A stretch of DNA of 64,000 bases from Lepidodermella squamata (taxonomy: Eukaryota > Animalia > Gastrotricha): the NCBI GenBank assembly GCA_047495785.1, contig JBLDXI010000034.1, positions 558,001 to 622,000 of the forward strand. The letters run 5' to 3'. Both the position numbers and the translations under genes were made by a program. A model generated the notes under the pieces. That model did not search any database. It was given only the letters and a program-made list of their open reading frames with translations, and was not told where the DNA came from. Of the stretch, positions 11,188-22,305 are shown in pieces (positions within the stretch are counted from its first letter, which is position 1; each line of letters opens with the position of its first letter).

Positions 11188-13227
11188 ATGAATAATATGG
11201 ATCCAAAGACGCATCAATCTATGTCAGGATTCACTTTTGTTAAAGACTTGTATAATGGCCGCCATCGGAAATCTGTTTTACACAAACTGAACGGCACCAA
11301 TCAAGAGCGAGTGGTCAAAGAAACCAACTTGACAACCCTTCGCAGGGAATTTGAAAAAGACTTCGATAGAATTGTTGAACTTCTGAACGAAAGAGTGAGT
11401 TTTAAGTTCTACGACTTGAAGATTTTTGATTCAAAATTATAACATGGGTAGTGAGGTAACTTCAATGAAAAAGGGGGATTAACGGCCGGCGGCCGGCTAA
11501 CTCCCAGAATTTATGTAACAAGTATATTTTCAAATATCGCAGAATTCGCTAATGGTCAGTATCACCCACGCAAACATAGCCAAGATTTACAACGCTTTCG
11601 AAGGTTTGCAATCCAGTTTTTCGATACAAACATAGCTAAACGATTTTCGAAATAGGGGAATTCCAAGGTTCTCGCATAAGATACTTAGTGATGGAGTTTT
11701 GCGATGGTGGAAGCTTCGAAAGCCTAATCAAGACTGAGACTCGACCCATCCCGGAAATTATGCTTCAAATCTGGTCGCGCCAAGTCGTATCAGCTTTGGC
11801 TTACCTTCACGGCCGGAGTATCGTCCATCGAAACATAACGACAAGCAATGTACTGCTAACAGAAGGCCGCGGCACAGCGAAACTTGCCGATTTTGGAATC
11901 ATCGAGAAATTAGACATCGAGAAGTTTTACAATCAGCATTCACTCAGTATTTTCCATTCTAAACAGTTTTCCATTCTAAACAGTGGTTCGCAAATGTTTA
12001 AGCTAGCTAATTGGAACACCTCCCCTCCTGAGGTAATAAATCATGAGGAATTTCAGCGTAAACCGAAATCCCCTGCAAGTGATGTTTGGTCATTGGGATT
12101 TGCGATCTTCAAGTTGGCCAACTTCAAAGAACCAGTATGAGATTTAACCTACGTGATTAGTTCTTTTTGAGAAACCTTAATCATTTTCCAGTTCGAATCG
12201 ATGCCCGATATTACTAGGTAAACCAAGAATTTAATGCAGTGTACAGTGATCGCAAGCTGATATTTGTAATGTTTCAGTAATAAACTGAAACCATTTGACG
12301 AATCCCGGGGATATTCCAATGAATTGCGTGGTTTTGTTATGCTAATGCTCGCTGTGAATCCTGGTGATCGACCGACCTCAAGTCAGCTTGAAGCCAGCAG
12401 TTTTCTGCAGATATCAGCACCCATGCAGTATACAAAGGTTTGATGAGTTTTCCATGCCATCTGAATTGTTGCATCGTTGTTTTTATTCTCCAGCCAGATC
12501 TATCAGTCGTTCGACCCAATCAAAAGGCTGTCAAGGTAGCTGCAGATTATTTTAAACTTCATCCAAGCGCTATAGAAATTTAAATTACCAGGAGCTGTTT
12601 GACTGCGTAGTGAAGCGAAAAGACTTGTGGAAATTGGTGCAACTGCTGTTGAACAGCGAACTAAGTCTCAGCCCAGACTGCAAAGACAAAGAGGGGTGTC
12701 CTCTGCTGTACCTTGCTGCTCGGAATGGCTACAGCGACATTGTGGAAACTCTGGCTGGGCAATTCAAGGCAGACGTTGAAGTTTGTGACAAAAATGGCGC
12801 GACGCCGCTTTGGATCGCCGCCTTCAATGGCAACACTGAAATGACGAATCTGTTGGTTAGCGAGTTCAAGGCCGATGTTAATTCTGCCAACAAAGACGGT
12901 GCGACGCCACTGTATGTCGCAGCCCAGAATAACAAACTCGAGGTGGTGACGATGTTGGTTGGCACGTTCAAGGCCGACGTGAATAAGGCCGCAAATGGCC
13001 GTACGCCACTTTTTATAGCTGCCCAGCAGGGCCACGGCGAGGTGGTAGAGGCACTTGCTGGCCACATAGACGCCTCGGTTAATGATGCAAACAAAGCATT
13101 GACTGAGGCCGCTGGTAAGAAACATTTCTATGTTGTCGCTATCTTGTTGACGAAATTCGGAGACAAAATCGATGTCACTGCCAGACACAATGCAATCGAA
13201 AAATACCTTTCGGCGATTAATACTTAA
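11188..13227 (+). CDS. Protein kinase-like (probable pseudokinase) domain fused to C-terminal ankyrin repeats, multi-exon
   Basis: Exons give VVKE...HANIAKIYNAF...YLVMEFCDGGS...YLHGRSIVHRNITTSNVLL...AKLADFG...PPEV...SDVWSLG (first intron 11395-11542). Short exons at 12190-12540 lead to the ankyrin exon 12592-13227 (GATPLWIAAFNG, GATPLYVAAQNN, GRTPLFIAAQQG). The linker exons are uncertain. Confidence 0.8.
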
Positions 13228-13352
13228 TACTCAGCCATCGGAATAAATTTGGCGCCACTTGCCGGGGTAACGCATAAAATCACGTGCCTTCAGAATGAAC
13301 GCTGGAAATGTTGAAAAATGCATACTTCTTTATTTTATCCATTATTCACAAA

Positions 13353-13410
13353 AGGCGATTCACAAACTCGTGTTTACCACATGAATGATGCAAAAGATTG
13401 TTTGCAGGCT
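13353..13410 (+). mobile_element. Terminal fragment of the repeat family found at 34281/35851
   Basis: GGCGATTCACAAACTCGTGTTTACCACATGAATGATGCAAAAGATTGTTTGCAGGCTC matches the left end of the element at 34281 almost exactly. Confidence 0.85.
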
Positions 13411-14152
13411 CGCGCACTGTCGCTGCCTCCAATGGCCACATCGGGGTGGTGATGATATTGGCTGATAAGTTCAAGGCCAATGTTAATTCTGCCAGCATAG
13501 AGGGCGCGACGCCACTCTTCGTCGCCGCCCAGAATGGCCACATCGATGTTGTGACGATGTTGGCTAGCAAGGCCGACGTGAATATTGCCGAAAAAGATGG
13601 CCGAACGCCACTGTGGACGGCCGCCTACAATGGCCACGTCGAGGTTGTGAAGATGTTGGCAGACATACGAATCCATGCCGAAGTTAATTCCGCCGGCAAC
13701 GATGGCACCACGCCACTGTTTGTCGCCGCCCATAATGGCCACGTTGAGGTGGTTGATGCGTTGGCTGGCGAGTTCAACGCCGACGTGAATAGGGCCGATA
13801 AAGATGGCCGTACGCCACTGTACATCGCAGCCAAGGAGGGCCACGTCGAGGTGGTAAAGGCGCTAGCAAATAAATAGCCAACGTGAATACTGCAAAGAAT
13901 AATGGTTGGACGCTGCTAATGGCAGCCGCATATCATTTCCGTCACGGTGTTGTTGACCTCCTCATCACGGAATTCCGAGTGAACTTCAGATTTCGTTATA
14001 ATGCATTTAAAGCTTTAGATTTGGCTGAGAGACGCGATGCAAGCGATGATTCTGCCGCTGACAAGCGCAAGACTATCGAAATATTAAGTAGATTCAAAGA
14101 GCAAAGAAGTAGATTCGATTTTACTGACTACACATCAGGGGAGCTACGATGA
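13411..14152 (+). pseudogene. 5'-truncated ankyrin-repeat gene fragment paralogous to the kinase-ankyrin C-terminus
   Basis: About five ankyrin repeats (GATPLFVAAQNGH, GRTPLWTAAYNGH, GTTPLFVAAHNGH, GRTPLYIAAKEGH). It begins directly after the TE fragment with no ATG and has a stop/frameshift at 13875-13883. Confidence 0.75.
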
Positions 14153-14598
14153 TTGTAGCGGTTACACATCCAGTTATTATTTATCTCAGTACCCTCATCC
14201 ATATATTTATTTCCACGCGCGCCCTCGTAACATAAAAACCTTCAATATTTGCCACCTCAATCAGTTATTAGAATGTTCTTCTAAATCCTTGTGCTTCATG
14301 CCTTCCAACTTAACAATCGCTGTTATATTTGTAAATATTCGAATCGTAGGGTTATCATAATCTGCTGTCGAATCAAGCTGCTTTGCTGATCTATCAGACT
14401 GTATGCCATAATATAATCAATTTAACCTTTGATTTAAGCCATTACTAGCAATTCTGGGGCCGATGTTGTCGCCATCTGTTGTGGGCCATCCGATATTGTC
14501 GCCCTGTTAAAAAATAAAGCAACCACAAAGAATGCAAATTTCTTGGAAGCAGTTAACTTATCTGATATAGTAATCAAGCCGTTCCATGTGTTTCATGT

Positions 14599-14820
14599 TG
14601 TTCCAAGGTACGGGCTAAACTTCCGATGTAAATACAATATAACAAATCTATGAACACAACAGTGCGCACAGGAATATTTGGTCGCTATCAGTGGCTCGCG
14701 AGAGAGCTAAAACGTAAAACATTCCATGACCAAAGACACCAAAGACAATTAATTTCGTTGTTTTCAAAGATTTGTTATAATTGTATTTACATCGGAAGTT
14801 CAGCCCGTACCTTGGAAACA
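14599..14820. mobile_element. MITE-like element with ~50-bp inverted repeats
   Basis: TTCCAAGGTACGGGCTAAACTTCCGATGTAAATACAATATAACAAATCT (14601-14649) is the near-perfect reverse complement of 14768-14817. No TSD was recognisable. Confidence 0.75.
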
Positions 14821-14837
14821 GTTATTATCCGTACCTT

Positions 14838-15880
14838 CTAATTCGACAGTAGCTTGTCCTGATTACGACGAAGGAAAGCCAAATCATTTGACTCAACCTT
14901 GAGCCAGGCATCCACGATGTACTGCTGAAACAGTTTGCTGTATAGATGTATTATAGGCATGCCACGGATAAACATGCGATGCTGTATGATGTAATCTCGT
15001 GCGGAAACTTTACTATTCTTCTGATTATGATTCAGATTAACTCCACGCATGGTGATATCCCAACCCAGATCACCAGACGGGAAGAGAATAGGGTAACTAA
15101 GAGGATCATAACAGGCATGTGTTTCGTCAATGCGTTGTAGCGGACCGCCCTTGAGACGTAGAACAATGTCACGATGTGAACACTCGGCAGACTCATCATC
15201 GCATGCGATAGCTGCAACCTCGTCGTCAGCTGATTGCGGCGCATTGTAACGACGGCGATCAAGGCCGTTAACGCTTGCTTTGATTTCGCAGCGTTCTTTC
15301 AGGAGCTTGACGCAAAATATTCAGACTGTAGTCATAAATTCTCACAAATGGATTGACATCACGCAACATGGCTTACAAATTCGTCAAGACGACCGTGTCT
15401 ATGGAATTTTCCGAGCCTTATTGATAATTCTTGCGAATCGCAACTTGATCCGAGGTTGATTGCACGAATTAAACTTGCATATAATATCTCGGGTCAGTTC
15501 CATCATCTTGTAAGAGGGCTCCGAGTGGATGGTAAAGAGCGCCCTGCATCTTGAAAGCTCCAAAATTCGGCGTAACGTCCTTGCTACCAAGTGAATAGAA
15601 GGAGAGGCAGTTATTGTATTTACAATCGTTTGATAGAAATTGAGAAGACTGATGACCGAATTGTCCGCTAAGTAACCGATGCAAGTACGGCGGTGGCTCT
15701 TTAATTTGGTCTAACAACACCTGACCGTGCTGACAACAGAGCGAAAATTGGGGCGTAAGTTGAGACGACTTGGATAAACGCTCGTCCATGAAGTGAAGGG
15801 CATCACAGTGTTGGCAAGTAACATCCATTAAGCCGAGATCATAAGGTGGTACGGCATCTTCGAGGTATGGAGCCATAGCA
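14838..15880 (-). mobile_element. Degenerate Helitron RepHel N-terminal fragment
   Basis: LGLMDVTCQHCDALHFMDE...FSLCCQHGQVLL...KYNNCLSFYSLG...FKMQGALYHPLGAL (15876-15469) and KLFQQYIVDAWLKVESNDLAFLRRNQDKL (about 14940-14850) are characteristic RepHel N-terminal motifs. The frames are interrupted, and no Rep catalytic or helicase motifs are seen. It may extend to about 16380. Confidence 0.88.
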
Positions 15881-17408
15881 GATCCGACTTTAGGTTTCCA
15901 ATTCCCTCTGTTAATAACTGGTGGAAGTGCAGGCGGTTGAACATAATCCGGGTTCTCGTGTAAAACCTGGTCGAAAAAGTCTTGTGGAAGGTTTCCAGTT
16001 GCGCTTCATAGTCCACATCTACTATAGCAGCAAACTCTCTAATGGCAGCATTAAGAGCTGCTCCTTCTTCTTCCAAAGGTGGTGGATCGACTATCAAAAT
16101 CAGAGGATGGTTAACAACCTGAATGTGAAATATTCAATTGATTGCATCTTAGGAGTGCATAGTAAAACAAACCTGCGATGCATAGCTATGATCGTGTGCG
16201 TTCGGCACAGGCACAGGTTCCGGCTCGTTTTCCGGAGAACCTTGATGATGAAGATGATGGAACTGATGATGAAGCAACGGAAGAGGCACTTCAGCTTGTC
16301 TGCGACGATTCCGCGGTTCACTGGCCCCAGTCAAAGACTTTCCACGGTCTCGAGGACGACCGCCAGGCGGCGTTGAATTAATTAATATTAACGGAATGTC
16401 TATTCGTACGTAGTGTGTACGCGAAAATTGCTATTCGTACATAGTTTCGATGTGCTTTTTTCTAAGATTTGCTCAAAGCTCGGCTTGCTCAATTTTCATC
16501 CCATCAATCTATTTTTTTGCGTGCTGATAGCTGACCATCAGGCCTATCTCCCCTCAAAAAATCACCATTGAACCCCTTAAGGTAGATTCGCAAAATGGCA
16601 TTATTTGAATTGTTTTTCACGACCCTAGCGTGAATATACTTTGGAAGATAATCTGACGAAATTTGACCACTAGACTTTTGAGCTGGGGATACCTCGGTCA
16701 TTCCCTCAGCATATAGTCCAAAAAAATATCGCTATTAATATAATAATTTACTAAATTAGGTGATATTTCCTAAGGATCGCGCATCAGCGCGCTTTTTTGA
16801 GAGAATTGGCGCATTTTTAAGTGCGAAACTGCAAGAAATGACAGCTGAGCTGAATCTATAAGGCGTTTAGTCACCTGCGAGCGAAACGAGCTTAAGTTGG
16901 CGATATTTTCGTGAATTTTCGACCTGGAAGAGGCTAACAACCAATACCGACTCATTATTCTCTATTCTAGCGTACTTCCGCACAAACTCATTCCCTCATT
17001 CTAACAATTTTGGAAGGCGTACACTCAAACGAAACATTTAAACAAACTCGGCCAGCCCAACTTACATCTTGGTAACCACTGACTAAAACTGAATAAAAAT
17101 TGAGAAAAATGGTTGTAGGCGAGCGAAGCGATCCAAAAAAATTGGGTTTCAAGCAACTAAATCAGTTGAGAATGGTCAGGAAAATGATCTCCAATCCAAG
17201 AATGAGCCTTGCCGCAAAATCGCGGGAAACTTGTCCAAGTACTCTGTGAATATTGTCATTCTTTCAGCCGGCCGAACTGGGAGTACCGTACTCCCAGTCT
17301 CCCCGCTACTTCTCTCACTCTCACAATTTTAATATCAATAATTTAATAATTTAAAAATCCCAAATTTCCCTCGTTTTGTTGGCGTCGTCCGGGGCTGTGT
17401 TGTAAAAG

Positions 17409-17610
17409 CATTGTGACGCCGAAATTGCGTCTCAAGAAATATCAGAAAATCAAAACTCTTCGTCCTTGCAGCACAACCGGCTCATTTTTCGCCTACTATC
17501 CTCATTTGCCCAACCATCCTCGAATACAAAAATTCAGCCTGTAAGACCTATTCCTGCAGGCTGCTCTATTGTTAGATTTTTTCTTGCGACGCAATTTCGG
17601 CGTCACTATG
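17409..17610. mobile_element. ~200-bp MITE with ~33-bp TIRs (CAT(A/T)GTGACGCCGAAATTGCGTC)
   Basis: CATTGTGACGCCGAAATTGCGTCTCAAGAAA at 17409 pairs with TTTCTTGCGACGCAATTTCGGCGTCACTATG ending at 17610. TSD not evident. Confidence 0.75.
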
Positions 17611-17922
17611 AAGTTTGATTTTTGCTATAAATGGCCTTTTACAGCCATCGATGTAACCCGACCGAGGTTTTGCGCACACTATTCCTCTTTAAGGTTCAGG
17701 ACAAACACTTGAACCGGATGATGGTGTCTGAGTGAAGAATGAAGAGAGAAGCGAGTGCATTAGCTCTAAAATTACGCATTAATACACTTATCAGTCAATG
17801 ATGCTCAGTCGAGTGCTTTAGCTCAAAAAAGCAGACCGATCAATAAATCTGTAGTTATTCATGCACAAGCTGCTTTAAAGTTAGATAGTTCTACTTTTCA
17901 CTCAGCTCTAATAATTTGAAGC

Positions 17923-19269
17923 ATGGAAAACAGTGAAGGACAACAACAGAAAGCTACAACCTACTGCAAGGTAAGAATAAAGAATAATCGCTGGCAATTT
18001 GATTCGGCACTGCATCTGCCAATTTCGTTCACAGGTATGTGGCAAAGTTGTTCCGTCGAGGGCGCAATATCAGCCGCGGCAATGCAACGCCTGCCATGTA
18101 AACTTCGTCTCATTTATAATGTTTCAAATTTTGTGGTTAATTCTTCAGAAATTTTTCAATCGACAATCGAAACGAAGATTCGAAATTAAATGCATCACTG
18201 GGAAGTTTGACTGCGAGATATTGCAAACTCGTGGTGGCTGCACCCGTTGTCGTCTTGAGAAATGCTTTAAATCTCGTCACAGAAAATGTAGGTCAATTTG
18301 ACAGGCAGCAAATTTGTGAAAATTCGGAATTTTAAGGGCAAGAGGTAAATATGGAAAATGAGACCATCGACAATTCAGAGTCAGACCAAATTAGTTCGAC
18401 CATAATTGTCGACCCCGAAGACCCGTGCCGTTTTGGTTTGGTTGAAAAAGTGACCAGAAACTCAATCTTGGGACTAACGATTCTACACGATTTAGACTCG
18501 GTACGAATGCATCCGACAATTCGATGAAATTATCCGCCTTTCTAGGTTCCGTTACGAAAACGGGATCGGCCCTATGGAGATATTAGGATGTTGGTCGAAG
18601 ACTTTAGCATTCATCATTTCGGAAATTTTTACAATACAAGTTGCAAATTCGCTGGGTGCATGAGAGGTAGTTTATCTTCCTAATTCCTAAAACTCCTCAA
18701 CAGCGACATTTTTTCTTCTAGATGCGTTCTCATTGTCTGATTCTGATCTGAATGCAGCATTGGCCACAGCGTGGGGGCCAATAGCTTTTGCTTTTTCATC
18801 TCTACCGAGTAACCAAAGTGCGATTTCCATCAACAACGCTGTTCTCCCGCAATTTCTTACAATTTTTCCAGAATATATGGTAAGCTTTATGGCGTATTCC
18901 AACTTGACAAACAAACATTTTTAGCCGATGATCGAGCTTTCAAAGGAGCTTTCGGGCTTGATAAATTGCTGGAAACCTTCAATGCCCGAATTCGCTTTAG
19001 TTTTAAGTTATTTATTCCTCAATGGTAGGCGATTTCTTGATCTAACTTTTTTTAAATTTCCGTCTCCATTTACAGGAATAAGGAATCCTCGCTTAGCTCA
19101 ACTTTCAAGACTCGTGAAGCACTCTCTGACAGCCTTGCCAATCTCAGCTTCACGAGAAGGCGTTGAAAGCTGCTGCAACCGAATCGTAGAAATTGTGGGC
19201 CGTGTTTCGAGAATAGCACCGAATATTATTAAAACTACAGTCGCTCGCCATGATTTTAAAATGTTATGA
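17923..19269 (+). CDS. Divergent nuclear hormone receptor, copy B (C-terminally shortened)
   Basis: Same exon structure as copy A. The DBD reads CKVCGKVVPSRAQYQPRQCNACH|KFFNRQSKRRFEIKCITGKFDCEILQTRGGCTRCRLEKC. It ends ARHDFKML*, lacking the terminal segment present in A and C. Confidence 0.87.
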
Positions 19270-19389
19270 CTAGGTTCAAGTAGAACCTAGATTAATCTGA
19301 AAACTGTTGATAGATTCTAATCGGCTTTTTGCCTACCAACACCCAGAATCTTTATTTTCTAAAATATGCTGAATATGTTCTTGAAAATC

Positions 19390-19720
19390 TCAATAAAGGG
19401 TTCTTAGTTTGCCATTGCAAACCCGACTAGTAGTACGTAGTACGGCGAAAACCGAAAACCGTTTGCCATCGAATTTCTTCATACACTTCTCGTAGCTTCG
19501 ATTGCTGTTAAGTGCCACTGCCTTGCCCATCGCCCCGCCGTAGATATCCATCGCATACTCTTGTTTAGCTGCTTTAGAATCCGCATAAACATCTGCCATC
19601 ATTCGAAGCAATCCTATGAACAGAGAAAATCAATGTTTTATTTTGCTGAATGGTTAGGAGAGGAAACTTAGGAAAATGATTTTTTTCTTTTACCGGCCTT
19701 CGGTTGATTTTTTGGCCATT
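19390..19720 (-). pseudogene. Secreted two-Cys peptide family member P0, 5'-truncated pseudogene
   Basis: Exon 2 (LLRMMADVYADSKAAKQEYAMDIYGGAMGKAVALNSNRSYEKCMKKFDGKR...RVCNGKLRTLY*) is nearly identical to 23814-24031. The splice donor reads CTAAGT instead of GTAAGT, and the signal-peptide part is replaced by ankyrin-derived DNA from about 19722. Confidence 0.8.
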
Positions 19721-19721
19721 C

Positions 19722-21148
19722 GATGGCGTGAATGCTGCAAGTTACGATGTTTCGACGCCGTTGATGGCAGCCGTAAATCGAAGCCATCACCGTGTTGTTG
19801 ATGTTCTCCTCACGAAATTCTGAGACAAAATCAAAGCCGAGGATCGCGGGAGCGCGCAGCGCAGGAGACCACGTGGCCGATTAGTCGTCTTCGGGCCAGA
19901 AAAAGGATTTCTCAGTAGTTTTTCTCAGTGGTTTTTCTCAGTAGTACTGAGGAATTCTCAGTAGTTGATTTTCAACATTGATAGAACGATACAGCAATGA
20001 TATTTCCACAATTTCGCCTTTGGCTGCTTATCTCTCTTTATTTGAGTGCCTCCGGAGGTTTTGAATTAACAGCTCTGCTGGAGGACGATGGCTTGAACGA
20101 GGAGGAGGAAGAGTACAGGGCATCAATCGCTTCATTTTCGGACGGGTATTACGACATCTATGAGTCTCTCCAACCTGGCATAAGCTTCGTCGCGAAACAA
20201 CGCGATCAAGGACGAGCATACTGGTCGCACCATGCACTCCCTAACGAATTATTTCCCAATCTCCTACAACATCCTCCACGATTGGACGATTCACGCTGCT
20301 GAGTTTGCAATTGAACCGACCGTTTCGGAGCGACTTTTCCGTGACGCTTTCCAGGTATGGCTCGGTTTCAAGGATCAATTCGAGAAGGTTGCTGACGACC
20401 AGTGGTTGTGGGTGAAGCCCGGGTGGACCGTTCTTCAAGTAGTCAGTGAAAGCCGAGTCGATGGCAATTGGAAGTCGCTGAAACATTTCGAATGCGCGCT
20501 CGAGTTTGTTCACCTGTTAACTGCCGATAGAACGATTGATAGAGTTCGTTGCACGTGTCGCGATGGAACGAAGAAGAAGCCCTGCTGTCATGCGTTGGCT
20601 TTAGCCCACGAGCTCAAATGTTGAGCCAGCTGAGTTCGGCGAAGAAGAAGAAGACGACACGGCAGCGCGTTTCGAATCCGTAGTTACGGTTACTGCCAAG
20701 CCTGCGAGCCGCGGTCGAGGTCAACATCGCGCCCTAGGATCAACTGCTTCGATTCCTACTGGTCGCGTCACCCGAAGCAAGGTCAGTTCGTCTGTCATCG
20801 AAGCTGAAGCTACTGGCGATCAATCAGTGAAAGCTGCTGCTCCCGTTCGTGTTGGCAAAAGGCGTGGCCGTCCTCCGAAGCGTGGTTAAGCGTTTCGCCG
20901 AAAAAAGACATTTCAGTCGAGTAAAAGGATATTGAGAGGGAAATAAATAATTTCGTGAGAAAAGAGATATTTTTATTACTCCGATAGATTCCGACGGTAG
21001 AAGATATTTTGTTCCGCGTAGCAGAGACATTGTTCCGATAGAAACATCTATGGCCCGCGAAGAAGCCTTGCAGTTGGCCAAGAACTGCCCTGCAAGTGAT
21101 AACAGGGACAAGACTATCGAGATACTCGAACGTAGAAAATCTTCATAA
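19722..21148 (+). pseudogene. Ankyrin gene 3' relic split by a MULE insertion
   Basis: 19722-19848 (VNAASYDVSTPLMAAVNRSHHRVVDVLLTKF*) and 21056-21148 (REEALQLAKN...RDKTIEIL) are collinear with 13883-14090 and rejoin in frame (AEDREEALQLA) when the insert is removed. Confidence 0.75.
19849..21055 (+). mobile_element. Internally deleted MULE/Mutator-like transposase relic with SWIM zinc finger and AT-hook
   Basis: IYESLQPGI and NNAIKDEHTGR (MULE C-terminal catalytic region, frameshifted), SWIM motif CTCRDGTKKKPCCHALAL (about 20550-20605), and KRRGRPPK at about 20857-20880. Short subterminal repeats (TTCTCAGTAG; TTCCGATAGA). Flanked by CGCG at 19845-19848 and 21056-21059. Confidence 0.75.
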
Positions 21149-21262
21149 TTTTGCCGCCTTGCTCATATTTTTGTTCGACGAACTGTTGAGAATTTTTTTC
21201 ATATATCTAGTTTTTTAATCATTTTGTCATTACACATTACGGTTAGCCTGCTTGAGTTGAGC

Positions 21263-21826
21263 ATGGCATCAGGGTTTGATTGATCGAAGTCAGATTTCAG
21301 GGTTATTAGACCTTTGTGTTATGGATCTCTACGGAAATCTACATTGTGTGCGAACGTAATGGATGCCCTGAGGAGCAAGTGGTTATCAAACAAACAAACT
21401 TCGCAGACCTTCGCCAACGATTTGGAAAAGACTTTGACCATATCGCGCGATTGCTTCAAGATAGAGTGAGTTTTCTACTTGAATTATTCATTAAAGCAGT
21501 TGAAATGAGATGAGACGAAAAATGTGGGCTTATCCGATGGGAAGCCGGCCTTATCTGAGAATTTACAAACTATTTTTCATTCGCAGGATTCGCGAATGGT
21601 CCGTATCAGCCATACAAACGTAGCCAAGATTTAAAACGCTTTCGAAGGTTTGCAATCCAGTTTTTGATATCTAAGATTAGCGAAAGGTTTTATATCGTAG
21701 AATTCGAAGGTTCTAGCATGAATTATTTGGTGATGGAGTTCTGCGATGGTGGAAGCTTCGAAAGCCTGATCACGACAGAGACTTCACCCATCCCGAAAAT
21801 CATGCTTCAAATATGGTCCCGCCAAC
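21263..21826 (+). pseudogene. Truncated pseudogene copy of the kinase N-lobe exons
   Basis: Collinear with 11221-11783, including intron positions (EQVVIKQTNFADLRQRFGKDFD; YLVMEFCDGGSFESLI...MLQIWSRQ). In-frame stops at about 21281 and 21632. Breaks off after WSRQ. Confidence 0.85.
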
Positions 21827-21904
21827 ACGCCAACTCCAGGAGCGATTCAAACTTTGAGTTTAGGAATGAGCATTGGTTGGCTGTGTTATATACCTAAGTT
21901 ATAG

Positions 21905-22015
21905 GTAATACTCATGACTTGAGCATTGAGCACCAGTGTGTGGTGAAGACCCAAAAACTGTGAGCAATAGGCACTAGGCAATAAGCAACGAGCAATGAGT
22001 ATTGAGCATTGAGGT
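21905..22015. repeat. Degenerate ~7-bp tandem repeat (TGAGCA(A/T))
   Basis: TTGAGCATTGAGCA...TGAGCAATAGGCACTAGGCAATAAGCAACGAGCAATGAGTATTGAGCATTGAG. Probably a TE subterminal array. Confidence 0.55.
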
Positions 22016-22305
22016 GGTCATTTGTGCGACAGCCTTTATACAACCTCCGATGTAACCCGACTGAGGTTTTGCGCATAATACTCCCCGACCAGGTAAAATC
22101 ATCTTTTAGGTTAGGACAATGCGGATGCTGCAGTCTGAGTGAAAACATTACTTTACAATAACGCATTAATACACCTATCACTCAATGATGTACAGACGAG
22201 TGTTTTAGCTCATAAGAGCAGACCGATCAATAAAGCCGTAGTAGTTGTTCATAAAAATAAGCCGCTTCAAAGTTAGATAGTTCTGCTTTCAACTCAAAAG
22301 TCAGC

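Noticed and set aside
12661-13844. Several long minus-strand ORFs over the ankyrin region
   Set aside because: They are antisense shadows of GC-rich repetitive ankyrin codons.
15921-16381. Overlapping ORFs with His-rich or acidic stretches
   Set aside because: These are low-complexity (GAT/CAT) frames adjoining the Helitron relic, most likely its decayed 5' region.
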